In this document: one piece after another, positions 1 through 11,370 of the stretch
How the letters are laid out: every line of letters begins with the position of its first letter
Numbering within the stretch: the first letter of the stretch is position 1
Assembly (NCBI GenBank): GCA_030141605.1
Contig: JAQGDQ010001520.1
Coordinates: 1-19,532 of the forward strand
DNA length: 19,532 nt
Reading direction: 5' to 3'
Source of the DNA: Tubiluchus corallicola
Lineage: Eukaryota > Animalia > Priapulida
Position numbers and translations under genes: made by a program
Notes under the pieces: generated by a model
What the model was told of the DNA's origin: nothing
Seen by the model: the letters and a program-made list of their open reading frames with translations, nothing else
Databases searched by the model: none

Positions 1-2156
1 AACTGTATCTACAACTACAGCTACAACTACAACTACAACTACAGCTACAACTACAACTACAACTACAACTACAACTACAACTACAACTACAACTACAACT
101 ACAACTACAACTACAACTACAACTACTACTACTACTACAACTACAACTACAACTACAACTACAACTACAACTACAACTACAACTACAGCTACAACTACAA
201 CTACAACTACAGCTACAACTACAACTACAACTACAGCTACAACTACAACTACAACTACAACTACAACTACAACTACAACTACAACTACAACTACAACTAC
301 AACTACAACTACAACTACTACTACAACTACAGCTACAACTACAACTACAACTACTACTACAACTACAACTACAACTACAACTACAACTACAACTACAACT
401 ACAGCTACAACTACAACTACAACTACAACTACAACTACAACTACAACTACAACTACAACTACAACTACAACTACAACTACAACTACAACTACAACTACAA
501 CTACAACTACTACTACAACTACAACTACAACTTCAACTACAACTACAACTACAACTACAACTACAACTACAACTACAACTACAACTACAACTACAACTAC
601 AACTACAACTACAACTATAACTATAACTATAACTATAACTAGTTACCTATAACTATAACTGTAACATATAACTATAAATTATGACTATGACTATGACTAT
701 GACTATGGCTATGGCTATGACTATGACTATGGCTATGGCTATGGCTATGGCTATGGCTATGGCTATGACTATGACTATGACTATGACTATGACTATGACT
801 ATGGCTATGGCTATGGCTATGACTATGACTATGACTATGACTATGACTATGACTATGACTATGACTATGACTATGACTATGACTATGACTATGACTATGA
901 CTACGACTACGACTACGACTACGACTACGACTATGACTATGACTATGACTATGACTATAACTAGTTACCTATAACTATAAATGTAACATATAACTATAAT
1001 TAGTTACCTATAACTATGACTATGACTATGACTATGACTATGACTATGACTATGACTATGACTATGACTATGACTATGACTATGACTATGACTATGACTA
1101 TGACTATGACTATGACTATGACTATAACCACGTACAACTACTAACCATAACAATTACCATAACTATAACTATAATACAACTATAATTATAACTATAACTA
1201 TAGCTATAATTACAGTATATCTATAACTATAACCATAGCTATAACCATAACCATAATACAACATAACCATAACCATAACCTAATACAACTAAATAAGCAC
1301 ATAAACTACTATTACACTACAACTACAACTACAACTGCAACTACAGCTACAACTACAACTACAACCACAACTACAACCACAACTACAACTACAACCACAA
1401 CCACAACCACAACCACAACCACAACCACAACCACAACTACAACTACAACTACAACTACAACTACAACTATAACGTATAACTAGTTAGCTATAACTGTAAC
1501 TGTAACTGTAACTGTAACTGTAACTGTAACTGTAACTGTAACTGTAACTACAACTACAACTACAACTACAACTACAACTACAACTACAACTATAACTATA
1601 ACTATAACTATAACTAGTTACCTATAACTATAACTATAACTATAACTATAACTATGACTATGACTATGACTATGACTATGACTATGACTATAACTAGTTA
1701 CCTATAACTATAAATGTAACGTATAACTATAATTAGTTACCTATAACTATAACTATAACTATAACTATAACTATAACTATAACTATAACTATAACTATAA
1801 CTATAACTATAACTATAACTATAACTATAACTATAACTATAACTATAACTATAACTATAACTATAACTATAACTATAACTATAACTATAACTATAACTAT
1901 AACTATAACTATAACTATAACTATAACTATAACTATAACTATAACTATAACTATAATTATAACTATAACTATAACTATAACTATAACTATAACTATAACT
2001 ATAACTATAACTATAACTATAACTATAACTATAACTATAACTATAACTATAACTATAACTATAACTATAACTATAACTATAACTATAACTATAACTATAA
2101 CTATAACTATAACTATATCTATAACTATAACGTATAACTATAACTAGTTACCTATA
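1..2156. repeat. Compound hexanucleotide microsatellite (AACTAC, GACTAT, GGCTAT, AACCAC, AACTGT, AACTAT blocks)
   Basis: 6-bp periodicity is directly visible, with homogeneous blocks of variant units. It is interrupted repeatedly by TAACTAGTTACCTA. The array runs off the left edge. Confidence 0.97.
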
Positions 2157-2526
2157 AGCAACATAATTATCTGTAGTTATAGGATTAATTTTCAAAATCC
2201 ACAGAGCTATACATCAGGTTTAAGTTCATTTTGTAATTTGGAGCTTGTTATTTTACAAATTTTAAACAAGTTACTACTGCAATGATGTTTGAGAAAAGTT
2301 GTTTACTTAAAATGTATTCATTTTCTTCACTTTTGAGAACATAAATCGCTTACATTTCTTATTCCTTGGTTGTTTATTGAATTACTTAATGCCCATTAAA
2401 TATGTTTACCGTGGTCTTTTCGAGAAAACTAAACGAAACGGTTAGTTCAGCCAGCAACATTGTTCATACCTGAAGCTTGTGTCAGCACCACGTCTATCTC
2501 ATGTTTTATTCTAATGTTTTTTTCAG

Positions 2527-2649
2527 CTATACGCGTAAAGTTTTCGGGGAAAGCAGATGTGAGATGGGAAGAGAGGACGAGTGAAGAAGGAAAACTGCAC
2601 GAGGACAATGAATCATATTTTGCAAAGAAAATCACTCTTTTTGGTACAG
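2527..2649 (+). CDS. ARRDC: Alpha-arrestin (arrestin domain-containing protein), internal coding exon A, Arrestin_N region
   Basis: Acceptor ttttttttcAG at 2525-2526 and donor CAG|GTGTGT at 2650. Phase 1/1. Translates IRVKFSGKADVRWEE...HEDNESYFAKKITLFGT, matching the ARRDC 'I...F.G.A.V.W.E....E.YF' pattern. An in-phase alternative donor exists at 2644. The symbol is family level only. Confidence 0.88.
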
Positions 2650-4255
2650 GTGTGTGAACACTCTGATTTAACAGCAGGAACAGGTGTGTGAACACTCTGA
2701 TTTAACAGCAGGTACAGGTGTGTGAGTACTCTGATTTAACAGCAGGTACAGGTGTGTGAACACTCTGATTTAACAGCAGGTACAGGTGTGTGAGCACTCT
2801 GATTTTACAGCAGGTACAGGTGTGTGAACACTCTGATTTAACAGCAGGTACAGGTGTGTGAGCACTATGATTTAACAGCAGGTACAGGTGTGTGAGTACT
2901 CGATTTAACAGCAGGTACAGGTGTTGACACATTTAACAGCAGTACAGGTGTTGAGCACTCATTTAACAGCAGGTACAGGTGTGTGAGCACTATGATTTAA
3001 CAGCAGGTACAGGTGTGTGAGCACTCTGATTTAACAGCAGGTACAGGTGTGTGAACACTCTGATTTAACAGCAGGTACAGGTGTGTGAGCACTCTGATTT
3101 AACAGCAGGTACAGGTGTGTGAGCACTCTGATTTAACAGCAGGTACAGGTGTGTGAGCACCATAACAGCAGGTACAGGTGTTGAGCCTCATAAGCAGGTA
3201 CAGGTGTGTGAGCACTCATTAACAGCAGGTACAGGTGTTGAGCACTGTAACAGCAGGTACAGGTGTGTGATACTCATTTAACAGCAGGTACAGGTGTGTG
3301 ACACTCATTTAAAGCAGGTACAGTGTGTGAGCACTCGTTAACAGCAGGTACAGGTGTGTGACACTCTGATAAGGCAGGTACAGGTGTGTGACACCGATTT
3401 AACAGCAGGTACAGGTGTGTGAACACTCTGATTTAACAGCAGGTACAGGTGTGTGAGCACTATGATTTAACAGCAGGTACAGGTGTGTGAGCACTCTGAT
3501 TTAACAGCAGGTACAGGTGTGTGAGCACTATGATTTAACAGCAGGTACAGGTGTGTGAACACTCTGATTTAATAGCAGGTACAGGAGTGTGAGCACTCTG
3601 ATTTAACAGCAGGTACAGGTGTGTGAGCACTCTGATTTAACAGTAGGTACAAGTGTGTGAGTACTCTGATTTAACAGTAGATACAAGTGTGTGAGTACTC
3701 TGATTTAACAGCAGGTACAGGTGTGTGAACACTCTGATTTAATAGCAGGTACAGGAGTGTGAGTACTCTGATTTAATAGCATGTACAGGTGTGTGAACAC
3801 TCTGATTTAACAGCATGTACATGTGTGTGAACACTCTGATTTAACAGCAGGTACAGGTGTGTGAACACTCTGATTTAACAGCAGGTACAGGTGTGTGAGC
3901 CTCTGATTTGGGTGGTGTGTTGTTTGGTGGTGTGTGAGCACTCTGATTTAACAGCAGGTACAGGTGTGTGAGTACTCTGATTTAACAGCAGGTACAGGTG
4001 TGTGAGCACTCTGATTTAACAGCAGGTACAAGTGTGTGAGTACTCTGATTTAACAGCAGGTACAGGTGTGTGAGCACTCTGAATTAACAGCAGGTACAGG
4101 TGTGTGAGCACTCTAATTTAATAGCAGGTACAGGTGTGTAAGTACTCTGATTTAACGTCAGGTACAGGTGTGTGAACACTCTGATTTAATAGCAGGTACA
4201 GGTGTGTGAACACTCTGATTTAACATCAGGTACAGGTGTGTGAGCACTCTGATTT
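2643..4255. repeat. 34-bp minisatellite, about 47 copies, consensus GGTACAGGTGTGTGAGCACTCTGATTTAACAGCA
   Basis: Unit starts at 2643 and 2677 (period 34), head-to-tail with no spacers. The first unit overlaps the last 7 nt of exon A and its donor site. Confidence 0.96.
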
Positions 4256-4265
4256 GAATGAGCAT

Positions 4266-4836
4266 GTGAATGAATGAATGAATGAATGGATGGATGAATG
4301 AATGAATGAATGAATGGATGAATGAATGAATGAATGAATGAATGAATGAATGAATGAATGAATGAATGGATGGATGGATGAATGAATGAATGAATGAATG
4401 AATGAATGAATGAATGAATGAATGGATGAATGGATGGATGGATGGATGGATGGATGGATGGATGGATGAATGAATGAATGAATGAATGAATGAATGAATG
4501 AATGAATGAATGAATGAATGAATGAATGAATGGATGGATGGATGGATGGATGGATGGATGGATGGATGGATGGATGGATGGATGGATGGGTGGATAAATG
4601 GATGAATGGATGAATGAATGAATGAATGAATGAATGAATGAATGAATGAATGAATGAATGAATGAATGAATGAATGAATGAATGAATGAATGAATGAATG
4701 AATGAATGAATGAATGAATGAATGAATGAATGAATGAATGAATGAAAATAAGAAAGAAAGAAAGAAAGAAAGAAAGAACGAATGGATGGGTGGATGAAAG
4801 AATGAATGAATGAATGAATGAATGAATGAATGAATG
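4266..4836. repeat. (TGAA)n/(TGGA)n tetranucleotide microsatellite with a short (GAAA)n block
   Basis: Directly visible. It explains the spurious HSFI/HPSI minus-strand ORFs. Confidence 0.97.
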
Positions 4837-5119
4837 ATCAAATGAACGAACGAAAGGGTGAATGGACGAGAGACAGAAGGACGAACAACGAACTAATGGG
4901 CATATGAACAAATGTAATACGAACGAACAAATGTACAATTCAGCTAACGTTTTAGCAAACGATGTAACAAAAATATGTTAGTTCAAATAAAAACAATAAG
5001 TTACGAAACAAATGCCCGAATAGTTGACACAAACAGAACTACGGACAGACAGGCGGACATACACAAAATTTGTAACTGCACATATTGAGTAACCATTCTA
5101 TATCTTGATCACGTTGCAG

Positions 5120-5352
5120 AATCAGTTGATGACGACAGCGCAAAAAGAAAATTGGAACCAGGACAGTACATCTATACGTTCTCTCACATCCTGCCAGCCC
5201 ACGTTCCACCAACATTCAGAGGAAGATATGGAGAGATTGAATACTTCTGCGAGGCTTACGTCGACATTCCTCTGGCACCTGATCCGTTTGATCGAGTAAC
5301 ATTTAAAGTGAAAAACTCTATGAGCGATGCACTAAACATCTCTAGTTATATG
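5120..5352 (+). CDS. ARRDC: Alpha-arrestin coding exon B, Arrestin_N core
   Basis: Acceptor ttgcAG at 5118-5119 and donor ATG|GTAATT at 5353. Phase 1/0, in frame with exon A. LEPGQYIYTFSHILPAHVPPTFRGRYGEIEYFCEAYVDIP matches the family motif L..G.H.FPF.F.LP..LP.SFEG..G.IRY...A.IDRP. Confidence 0.93.
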
Positions 5353-5428
5353 GTAATTATTACAAGTTTTTAAGTCGTGGATGTGACACGATTGTAAAGA
5401 AATAATTGTGTTCTTTAAGACTTTACAG

Positions 5429-5886
5429 CAGGGGTATGCAAATTGCGGCCCGCCGAGAGAATTTGTCAACCTAATGAAAGTGCGGCCCGGGCGATTAATT
5501 GAGTGTATCCAGCTGAAGTCCGTGCCATGATCCCAAAGATAGTGCGGGTAGTTTTTTCTACTAGATCGGATGCCATTAACCCTTACAAGACGGTTGTAGC
5601 TTAATGTCACTGTACTACACAGACTGTGTGATAGACACTACTAATATGCATTGTAATGAAATTACCACTATCTGTCCTGAAAGTAGAAATATATGCTTTG
5701 TAATATAAATTTTAATAACTTCTAAAATAGTTTCTTGAGTGTAGTAGTAATGTACTCAGGTCGGATGCAAAAAAATCGTTATTAGGCCTTTGTGTACTTG
5801 GCTCCTTGATCAAAATGCCTGTGGCCTGCAGGAATTGCGGGAAAGTTTAATGTGGCTCGGCTAGTCACATAATATGTACACCCCTG
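5429..5886. mobile_element. Non-autonomous hAT (Charlie-like) MITE, 458 bp
   Basis: Termini CAGGGGTATGCA...TGTACACCCCTG. Flanking 8-mers are CTTTACAG (5421-5428) and CTGTACAG (5887-5894), an 8-bp TSD with one mismatch. Subterminal GCGGCCCG-type motifs are present. Confidence 0.85.
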
Positions 5887-5935
5887 CTGTACAGCCTATT
5901 TACAATAAGAAACATTTATCTTCAAAACTTTCACT

Positions 5936-6243
5936 TGAATTTCATGTAAACCACTGATCTTTATTTCTGAAATATTGAAAAACTAAAATAGAAATGCAAA
6001 TGCGACTGACATTGGCTCATTTTATGAAAAGTTGCATAGTTTAGTTAGAGTGACGGTTAATTCGTTCAATCAAAAATATCAATGAATAAATCAAAATAAA
6101 ATTAATTAGAAATAAACTTCATCGTTCACGTACACTACAGAACAGCATAATGACAATATAACTGAGCTCACACTTTAAAGTTTCTAGCTAGATGGAGCCA
6201 CACTAGCTACAAAATTAAAAAAAAACAAAATTAAGTCTGGTTC
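5936..6243 (+). repeat. Dispersed repeat, copy 1 (homologous to 12274-12895)
   Basis: Shares the exact 27-mer TGAATTTCATGTAAACCACTGATCTTT with copy 2. Diverged blocks are colinear (CGACTGACATT, TTTTATGAAAAG, ATAGTTTAGTT, TCAAAATAAAA, GTACACT.CAG..CAGCATAA, AGATGG). Confidence 0.8.
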
Positions 6244-6304
6244 ACTGGCCTTAATAGCAGCTGTTGATCACATCGTGAAAAAAGAAAACTGTCTGATGAT
6301 AGAA

Positions 6305-7194
6305 CAGTGTGTAGTAGTCAGTGTGGCAGTGTGTAGTAGTCAGTGTGGCAGTGTGTTGTAGTCAGTATGGCAGTGTGTACTAGTCAGTGTGGCAGTGTGT
6401 AGTAGTCAGTGTGGCAGTGTGTTGTAGTCAGTATGGCAGTGTGTACTAGTCAGTGTGGCAGTGTGTAGTAGTCAGTGTGGCAGTGTGTTGTAGTCAGTGT
6501 GGCAGTGTGTTGTAGTCAGTATGGCAGTGTGTAGTAGTCAGTGTGGCAGTGTGTAGTAGTCAGTGTGGCAGTGTGTACTAGTCAGTGTGGCAGTGTGTTG
6601 TAGTCAGTGTGGCAGTGTGTTGTAGTCAGTGTGGCAGTGTGTAGTAGTCAGTGTGGCAGTGTGTAGTAGTCAGTGTGGCAGTGTGTTGTAGTCAGTGTGG
6701 CAGTGTGTTGTAGTCAGTGTGGCAGTGTGTTGTAGTCAGTGTGGCAGTGTGTAGTAGTCAGTGTGGCAGTGTGTAGTAGTCAGTGTGGCAGTGTGTAGTA
6801 GTCAGTGTGACAGTGTGTAGTAGTCAGTGTGACAGTGTGTAGTAGTCAGTGTGGCAGTGTGTAGTAGTCAGTGTGGCAGTGTGTAGTAGTCAGTGTGGCA
6901 GTGTGTTGTAGTCAGTGTGGCAGTGTGTTGTAGTCAGTGTGGCAGTGTGTTGTAGTCAGTGTGGCAGTGTGTAGTAGTCAGTGTGGCAGTGTGTAGTAGT
7001 CAGTGTGACAGTGTGTTGTAGTCAGTGTGGCAGTGTGTAGTAGTCAGTGTGGCAGTGTGTAGTAGTCAGTGTGACAGTGTGTTGTAGTCAGTGTGACAGT
7101 GTGTAGTAGTCAGTGTGACAGTGTGTAGTAGTCAGTGTGATAGTGTGTAGTAGTCAGTGTGACAGTGTGTAGTAGTCAGTGTGGCAGTGTGTAG
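6305..7194. repeat. 22-bp minisatellite, about 40 copies, consensus CAGTGTGTAGTAGTCAGTGTGG
   Basis: Unit starts at 6305 and 6327. Variants (TTG/TAG, GG/GA) cluster along the array. Confidence 0.96.
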
Positions 7195-7369
7195 CTGAAA
7201 CGTTGCTTTTTAATAAAAAAAATTCATGTTGTAGATTCTAAAATATTAAAGAATGACAATTATTTCATTTACTGTCACTTTTATCACTAGATACACTTAA
7301 TAAAAATTCTTTATTGAAAGCTATTAAGCATTAATGCTATCGTTGTTTGTCGTTACCTTTGACCAGGGC

Positions 7370-7747
7370 TGGGTTACCCTAGAGGCTAACACACTTTACT
7401 CTAACTTTAAAACAAAATTAAAAAATACGTTTTGACTACATTTGAATATCCTGTACACCACTATTATGCAGAGTGATTAGATTTATCCCCATCCGTAATC
7501 TTGAAAAATCAAAATGTTTTAATGTAAATGTGTATATATTGTAAATATGAAATGATTTATTTCTTATGTGTAAGTTGCAAATGTTAATGTTTATTGTGTT
7601 TGTAGTTTAACTCTGCACCTGATGCATTTGTTTTTTTTACAATGTTTTTATGCACCACTGATGAATGTCATATGCAAGTGTAATTTTTTATTAACGTTTT
7701 GAGATGTTCAAATTTTTTATAAGACAAAAGATTTTGTATATATATAT
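7370..7747 (+). mobile_element. Possible extreme 3' fragment of a non-LTR retrotransposon (ORF end, 3' UTR, TA tail)
   Basis: Reads EANTLYSNFKTKLKNTF*, resembling the FK..LK C-terminus of CR1/L2-group ORF2. A T-rich tract ending in (TA)n follows. Weak support. Confidence 0.3.
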
Positions 7748-7748
7748 G

Positions 7749-8023
7749 TGAATTTTGATTCGAAATAAAGCGTTAAATAAAATCATCGTGACTGTAAAAT
7801 ATAAAAAAACATTTCTGTCCCACAATTTGCTATTATAATTTTCAACGTACAGGGGCACTAAGTGTGAATATATATATATATATCGTGTGACAGACGACAC
7901 TATATTCACACTTAGTGCCCCTGTACGTTGAAAATTATAATAGCAAATTGTGGGACAGAAATGTTTTTTATTTTTTACAGTCACGATGATTTTATTTAAC
8001 GCTTTATTTCGAATCAAAATTCA
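7749..8023. repeat. Near-perfect inverted repeat, arms about 123 bp (7749-7872 and 7901-8023), spacer about 28 bp
   Basis: TGAATTTTGATTCGAAATAAAGCG...CACTAAGTGTGAATATA is mirrored by TATATTCACACTTAGTG...CGCTTTATTTCGAATCAAAATTCA. Differences are confined to an A/T run. Confidence 0.95.
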
Positions 8024-8595
8024 TGTTTACACGGACAAATAAAAACAAACATAAAGAATACATGCACCACAATTACACACGTACTGCATACACAAAATAT
8101 AAAGATAAATTATCCAGTGATGCTTAGCAAAAAGAAGCCTAACTATATTTTCCATATAACAAGATCCTCCATTGTCTTCTAATGTCAGAAGTGTATGCCA
8201 CTTCACTTTCAGTTAAAGCTTTAATTAATGAATTTCTACTACACATTATTCTCATGTACAAACAAGCCATTTTCCTATGTATAACATCAAAGTATGTAAC
8301 ATTATAATGTACTGAAATTATTCTAGCACTCTCATCGTATGAATAAGTAAACAGTTTCCGTTTAGAGATGTTATGAGCTACTTTAAGTTTAGTTAAACAG
8401 TAGTTCTAAAAATGCCGCTACGTTGCCACACCATAGAATGAATTACAATACGAGTTTTAACGCTATTTGTACAATGATAAAATTTTCTCAAGATACTGTT
8501 TGCTCTAACATAGTAAATACTTCTTTGCCTAATAATATCAATGTTATCCCTATTATCTCTAGAAATTATGTAGCCAAGATACTTCTCCGATTCGC
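7990..8595 (-). mobile_element. Decayed 5'-truncated LINE fragment (post-RT C-terminal region plus 3' UTR)
   Basis: Minus strand reads KYLGYIISRDNRDNIDIIRQ...YVRANSILRKFYHCTNSVKT. After a frameshift it reads YCNSFYG...LKVAHN...SA, typical of invertebrate non-LTR ORF2 C-termini. Minus-strand AATAAA motifs lie near 7992-8008. Clade not assigned. Confidence 0.8.
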
Positions 8596-8720
8596 ACGGA
8601 CGAGTTACGCTACCAGCTGACAAACTGACTAACTAAATGACTAATTAACTCGCTCACTGAGTTGTTGGTTGACTGTACACATTTACAAATTTGTTGACTG
8701 AATGATCGACGTGATTTCAG

Positions 8721-8903
8721 GGTCCTTACAAGGAGGAAAAAGAGAAGATATTCGGCTGTTCGTGTTTTGACTCCTCTCCTCTTTTTGTGTCCATGAAGAT
8801 ACCCAGGACAGGATGGTTGCCAGGGGAAACCGTCACCGTTCAACTTGACATTGATAATCGTAACTCAAGCGGAATATCAAAATGTTCAGCTTCAGTTCAT
8901 CAG
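8721..8903 (+). CDS. ARRDC: Alpha-arrestin coding exon C, start of Arrestin_C (absent from the supplied ORF track)
   Basis: Acceptor atttcAG at 8719-8720 and donor CAG|GTAGGA at 8904. 183 nt, phase 0/0. GPYKEEKEKIFGCSCFDSSPLFVSMKIPRTGWLPGETVTVQLDIDNRNSSGISKCSASVHQ matches K.F.C.CC.SGP......P..GY.PGE.I.....I.N.S. Confidence 0.93.
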
Positions 8904-9026
8904 GTAGGAAGCAAATCTTAGAATGTTTTTGAACAATGCAGCATGGCATTCTGGGATTTGATCATTTCGAGGTTTTGTAAACTGTGCAGTGTGCTGACAT
9001 GATGAAATGTGCTGGACAAGTGTTAA

Positions 9027-11370
9027 AGGAAAACCGGACGGTTGTTTAGACTCAATCTCATATTAATTTACTGACCAAAATATACATTTTCTTGCCTGTA
9101 AAAGTTAACAATTGTTCCTTATATTTGAATAATTAGCTTAGAAAGTTAATTAACGGCAACCGAACACAGTTATTGCTTTCGTCAGAAACTAACCACAGTT
9201 TGTGCAATGGCAGGCGTCTTCTCTTGCGCGTCAAGCACGTTTGCGTAAGTGTTACTGCTTAAACGGGTGATGTCACGAAAATGGGCTCAACGTCATATGA
9301 CGTCAGAAATTAACACTGCAGTTTATGATCAAGGTTATCATAAAGTTCATAAGGTTATGCTAAGTTCTGACGGATCAGATATTCCTATCAAAATTCTAAA
9401 AGATAGTGCATCGGTAATAGCCCCGCATATGACTTACATTGCTAGTCAATTATGAGAGGCGAATTTCCAACTGTACGTAAAATGGCAAACGTGACTCCAA
9501 TCCATAAAAACAGATCCAAAATATGATCCCATGAATTATCGCCCAATTTCCGTAATCCATTGCTTTGGCAAAGTTTGGGAAAGGATTATTTATGATCAGA
9601 TAAATTCATATGTAAATAAACATGAACTTTTATTAAAACATCAGTTTGGCTTGCGTAAACACCATTCAACCATTGACGCCCTAATACACACAACAGAAAA
9701 TTGGAGACATAGCTTAGACAACAATCAATGCATTTTAGCAGCACTTTTGGATTTAAGTAAAGCATTCGATAGCATTAATCACGAACTATTTTACGATAAC
9801 TTAAAACAAATCGGATCTGATTCGATATCGTTAAAACTGATAGAAAATTATCTCAAAGATAGATAACAACGAGTAAACTTAGATACAATCAACTTTCCTG
9901 ACTGGGCCACGTTAAACAGAGGTATACCGCAAGGAACACTACTAGGTCCGTTATTATTTTGCCTATATATAAACAACATATCTAGTGTATTACAACACTC
10001 ACAAATAACGCAATACGCTGATGACACTACAATCTACATAGCCCATGAAAACATCCAAACTGCAAAAATGGCATTTAGTCATTACAAGCTAAAAATGAAT
10101 AATGATAAAACACAATTCGTGATACTGTCACCCTCATTAAATACTAATGATGCATCATCAACCACTTTGACAATAGATAATGCTGTAATCAAACAAACTA
10201 ATAATGTTAAATTTCTGGGCATACAGGTAGACAATAATCTTTCATGGGATGAACACTTTAATAACATGTACGCAAAAATGGCATCTAGCACATCGTATCT
10301 CCGACAAGTTAAAGGGCAACTAACAAAGGAAACTAAGACACCATATATAAAACTTTAGTTCTACCACACTTCTTATATGGATGTATGCTACTTCAAAAAA
10401 CCAAGAGAGAAAATTACTTAAAATTAAATCTCCTTCAGAACTATGCGTTGAGATTGATAGCTGGGTACTCATACAAACGTAAGGCAGGTAGACAAAAATT
10501 CAAAGCTTCAACAACTAACCTGAGAAAAACTTTAAAATTCCCAATCATTGAAGCACACAAAGAACATTTTACTCTGCTTTTTATATTTAAATACATTAAC
10601 AACATCAGCAAACCATTCCAGAATAACAGATTTACCTTTTTTCAAAATCCTATCGTTGATTCCAGAACAAGCAATCTAAAACAAATTAGGACAAATATCC
10701 ACTATGGAGCGAACTCTGTAACCAAGCAAGCAATTCTACTTTGGAATTCTCTACCATTACAGGTTAAACAAATGAAGTTCCTATCAGCATTTAAACAAAA
10801 TTAAAATCACTAATATTAACCAGATATGAAATACCATCACACCAGTACGATAACATACACACTAATCCAGAATTTTTATATCTACGGCCATATTAATTAA
10901 ATCATATTTTTTTCATTTTTTTGTGCATAGTTGTAAATATGTTTGATTTTATTCGTCGTTACTTTCCATTACTGCACAGTAGTTTAGATTGCACTGACGC
11001 ATTTGCCTTTAGCAGTGTAAGTTTTTATTAACTAACACTGATTGATCATCTCTGTAAAGTTTTTATCTGTGATTGTCAATGTATTTTAATGGCAAATAAA
11101 GATTATATATATATTTATATACATATATATATATATATATCACTGTACCACCTTCTATTTGTCAGCCACGCGAATGTGACAAAAAGGCGCCGCTGCCCAT
11201 CTTAGTAGATTCACCGAGCCGCGCGCAGCTTTGAAAGTTTAACGAAATTTGATATCCGAGGTAATTATTATTTAATCTAAACTTTGATGTAAGATAAGCT
11301 ATTGTAGTTTTCAATATTTTAGAGCATTCTTTCTTCTGAACTCGTGTTTACACAATCGTCCGGTTTTCCT
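9027..11370. mobile_element. Non-autonomous Kolobok-like DNA transposon, interrupted by a LINE
   Basis: Left end TTAA|AGGAAAACCGGACGGTTGT and right end ACAATCGTCCGGTTTTCCT|TTAC form a 19-bp TIR with one mismatch. TTAA target plus AG termini fit Kolobok. About 520 bp remain without the LINE. Confidence 0.7.
9319..11140 (+). mobile_element. 5'-truncated, inactivated LINE (CR1/L2 group) with reverse transcriptase pseudogene, 3' UTR and (TA)n tail
   Basis: Motifs VTPIHK, NYRPIS, QFGLR, DLSKAFD, GIPQGTLLGPLLF, YADD (10014-10025), KTQ, KFLG, W..H and WNSLP..FK are present. They are broken by stops (e.g. 9864-9866) and frameshifts. AATAAA at 11095-11100 precedes (TA)n. The 5' boundary is approximate. 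Confidence 0.93.

Noticed and set aside
681-974. MT/MA-repeat ORF
   Set aside because: It is a translation of the GACTAT/GGCTAT microsatellite.
1-2156. Telomeric array or I-CeuI/rRNA site (TAACTATAACG)
   Set aside because: The mixed units do not match known telomere repeats and appear to lie within an intron. The TAACTATAAC match is a chance product of the AACTAT repeat, with no rRNA context.
2643-4255. CRISPR array (34-bp repeats)
   Set aside because: Units are contiguous with no unique spacers, no cas genes are present and the context is a eukaryotic intron. The same applies to the 46-bp and 79-bp arrays.
4158-4938. 227- and 250-aa HSFI-repeat ORFs
   Set aside because: They are stop-free readings of (TTCA)n.
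7655-7735. Penelope-type hammerhead ribozyme (CTGATGA)
   Set aside because: I found no properly placed GAAA core or convincing stems.
9249-10804. Functional RT, retron or DGR system linked to the repeat arrays
   Set aside because: The motifs are those of a non-LTR retrotransposon, which is 5'-truncated and broken by stops and frameshifts. There is no template/variable repeat pair or accessory gene.
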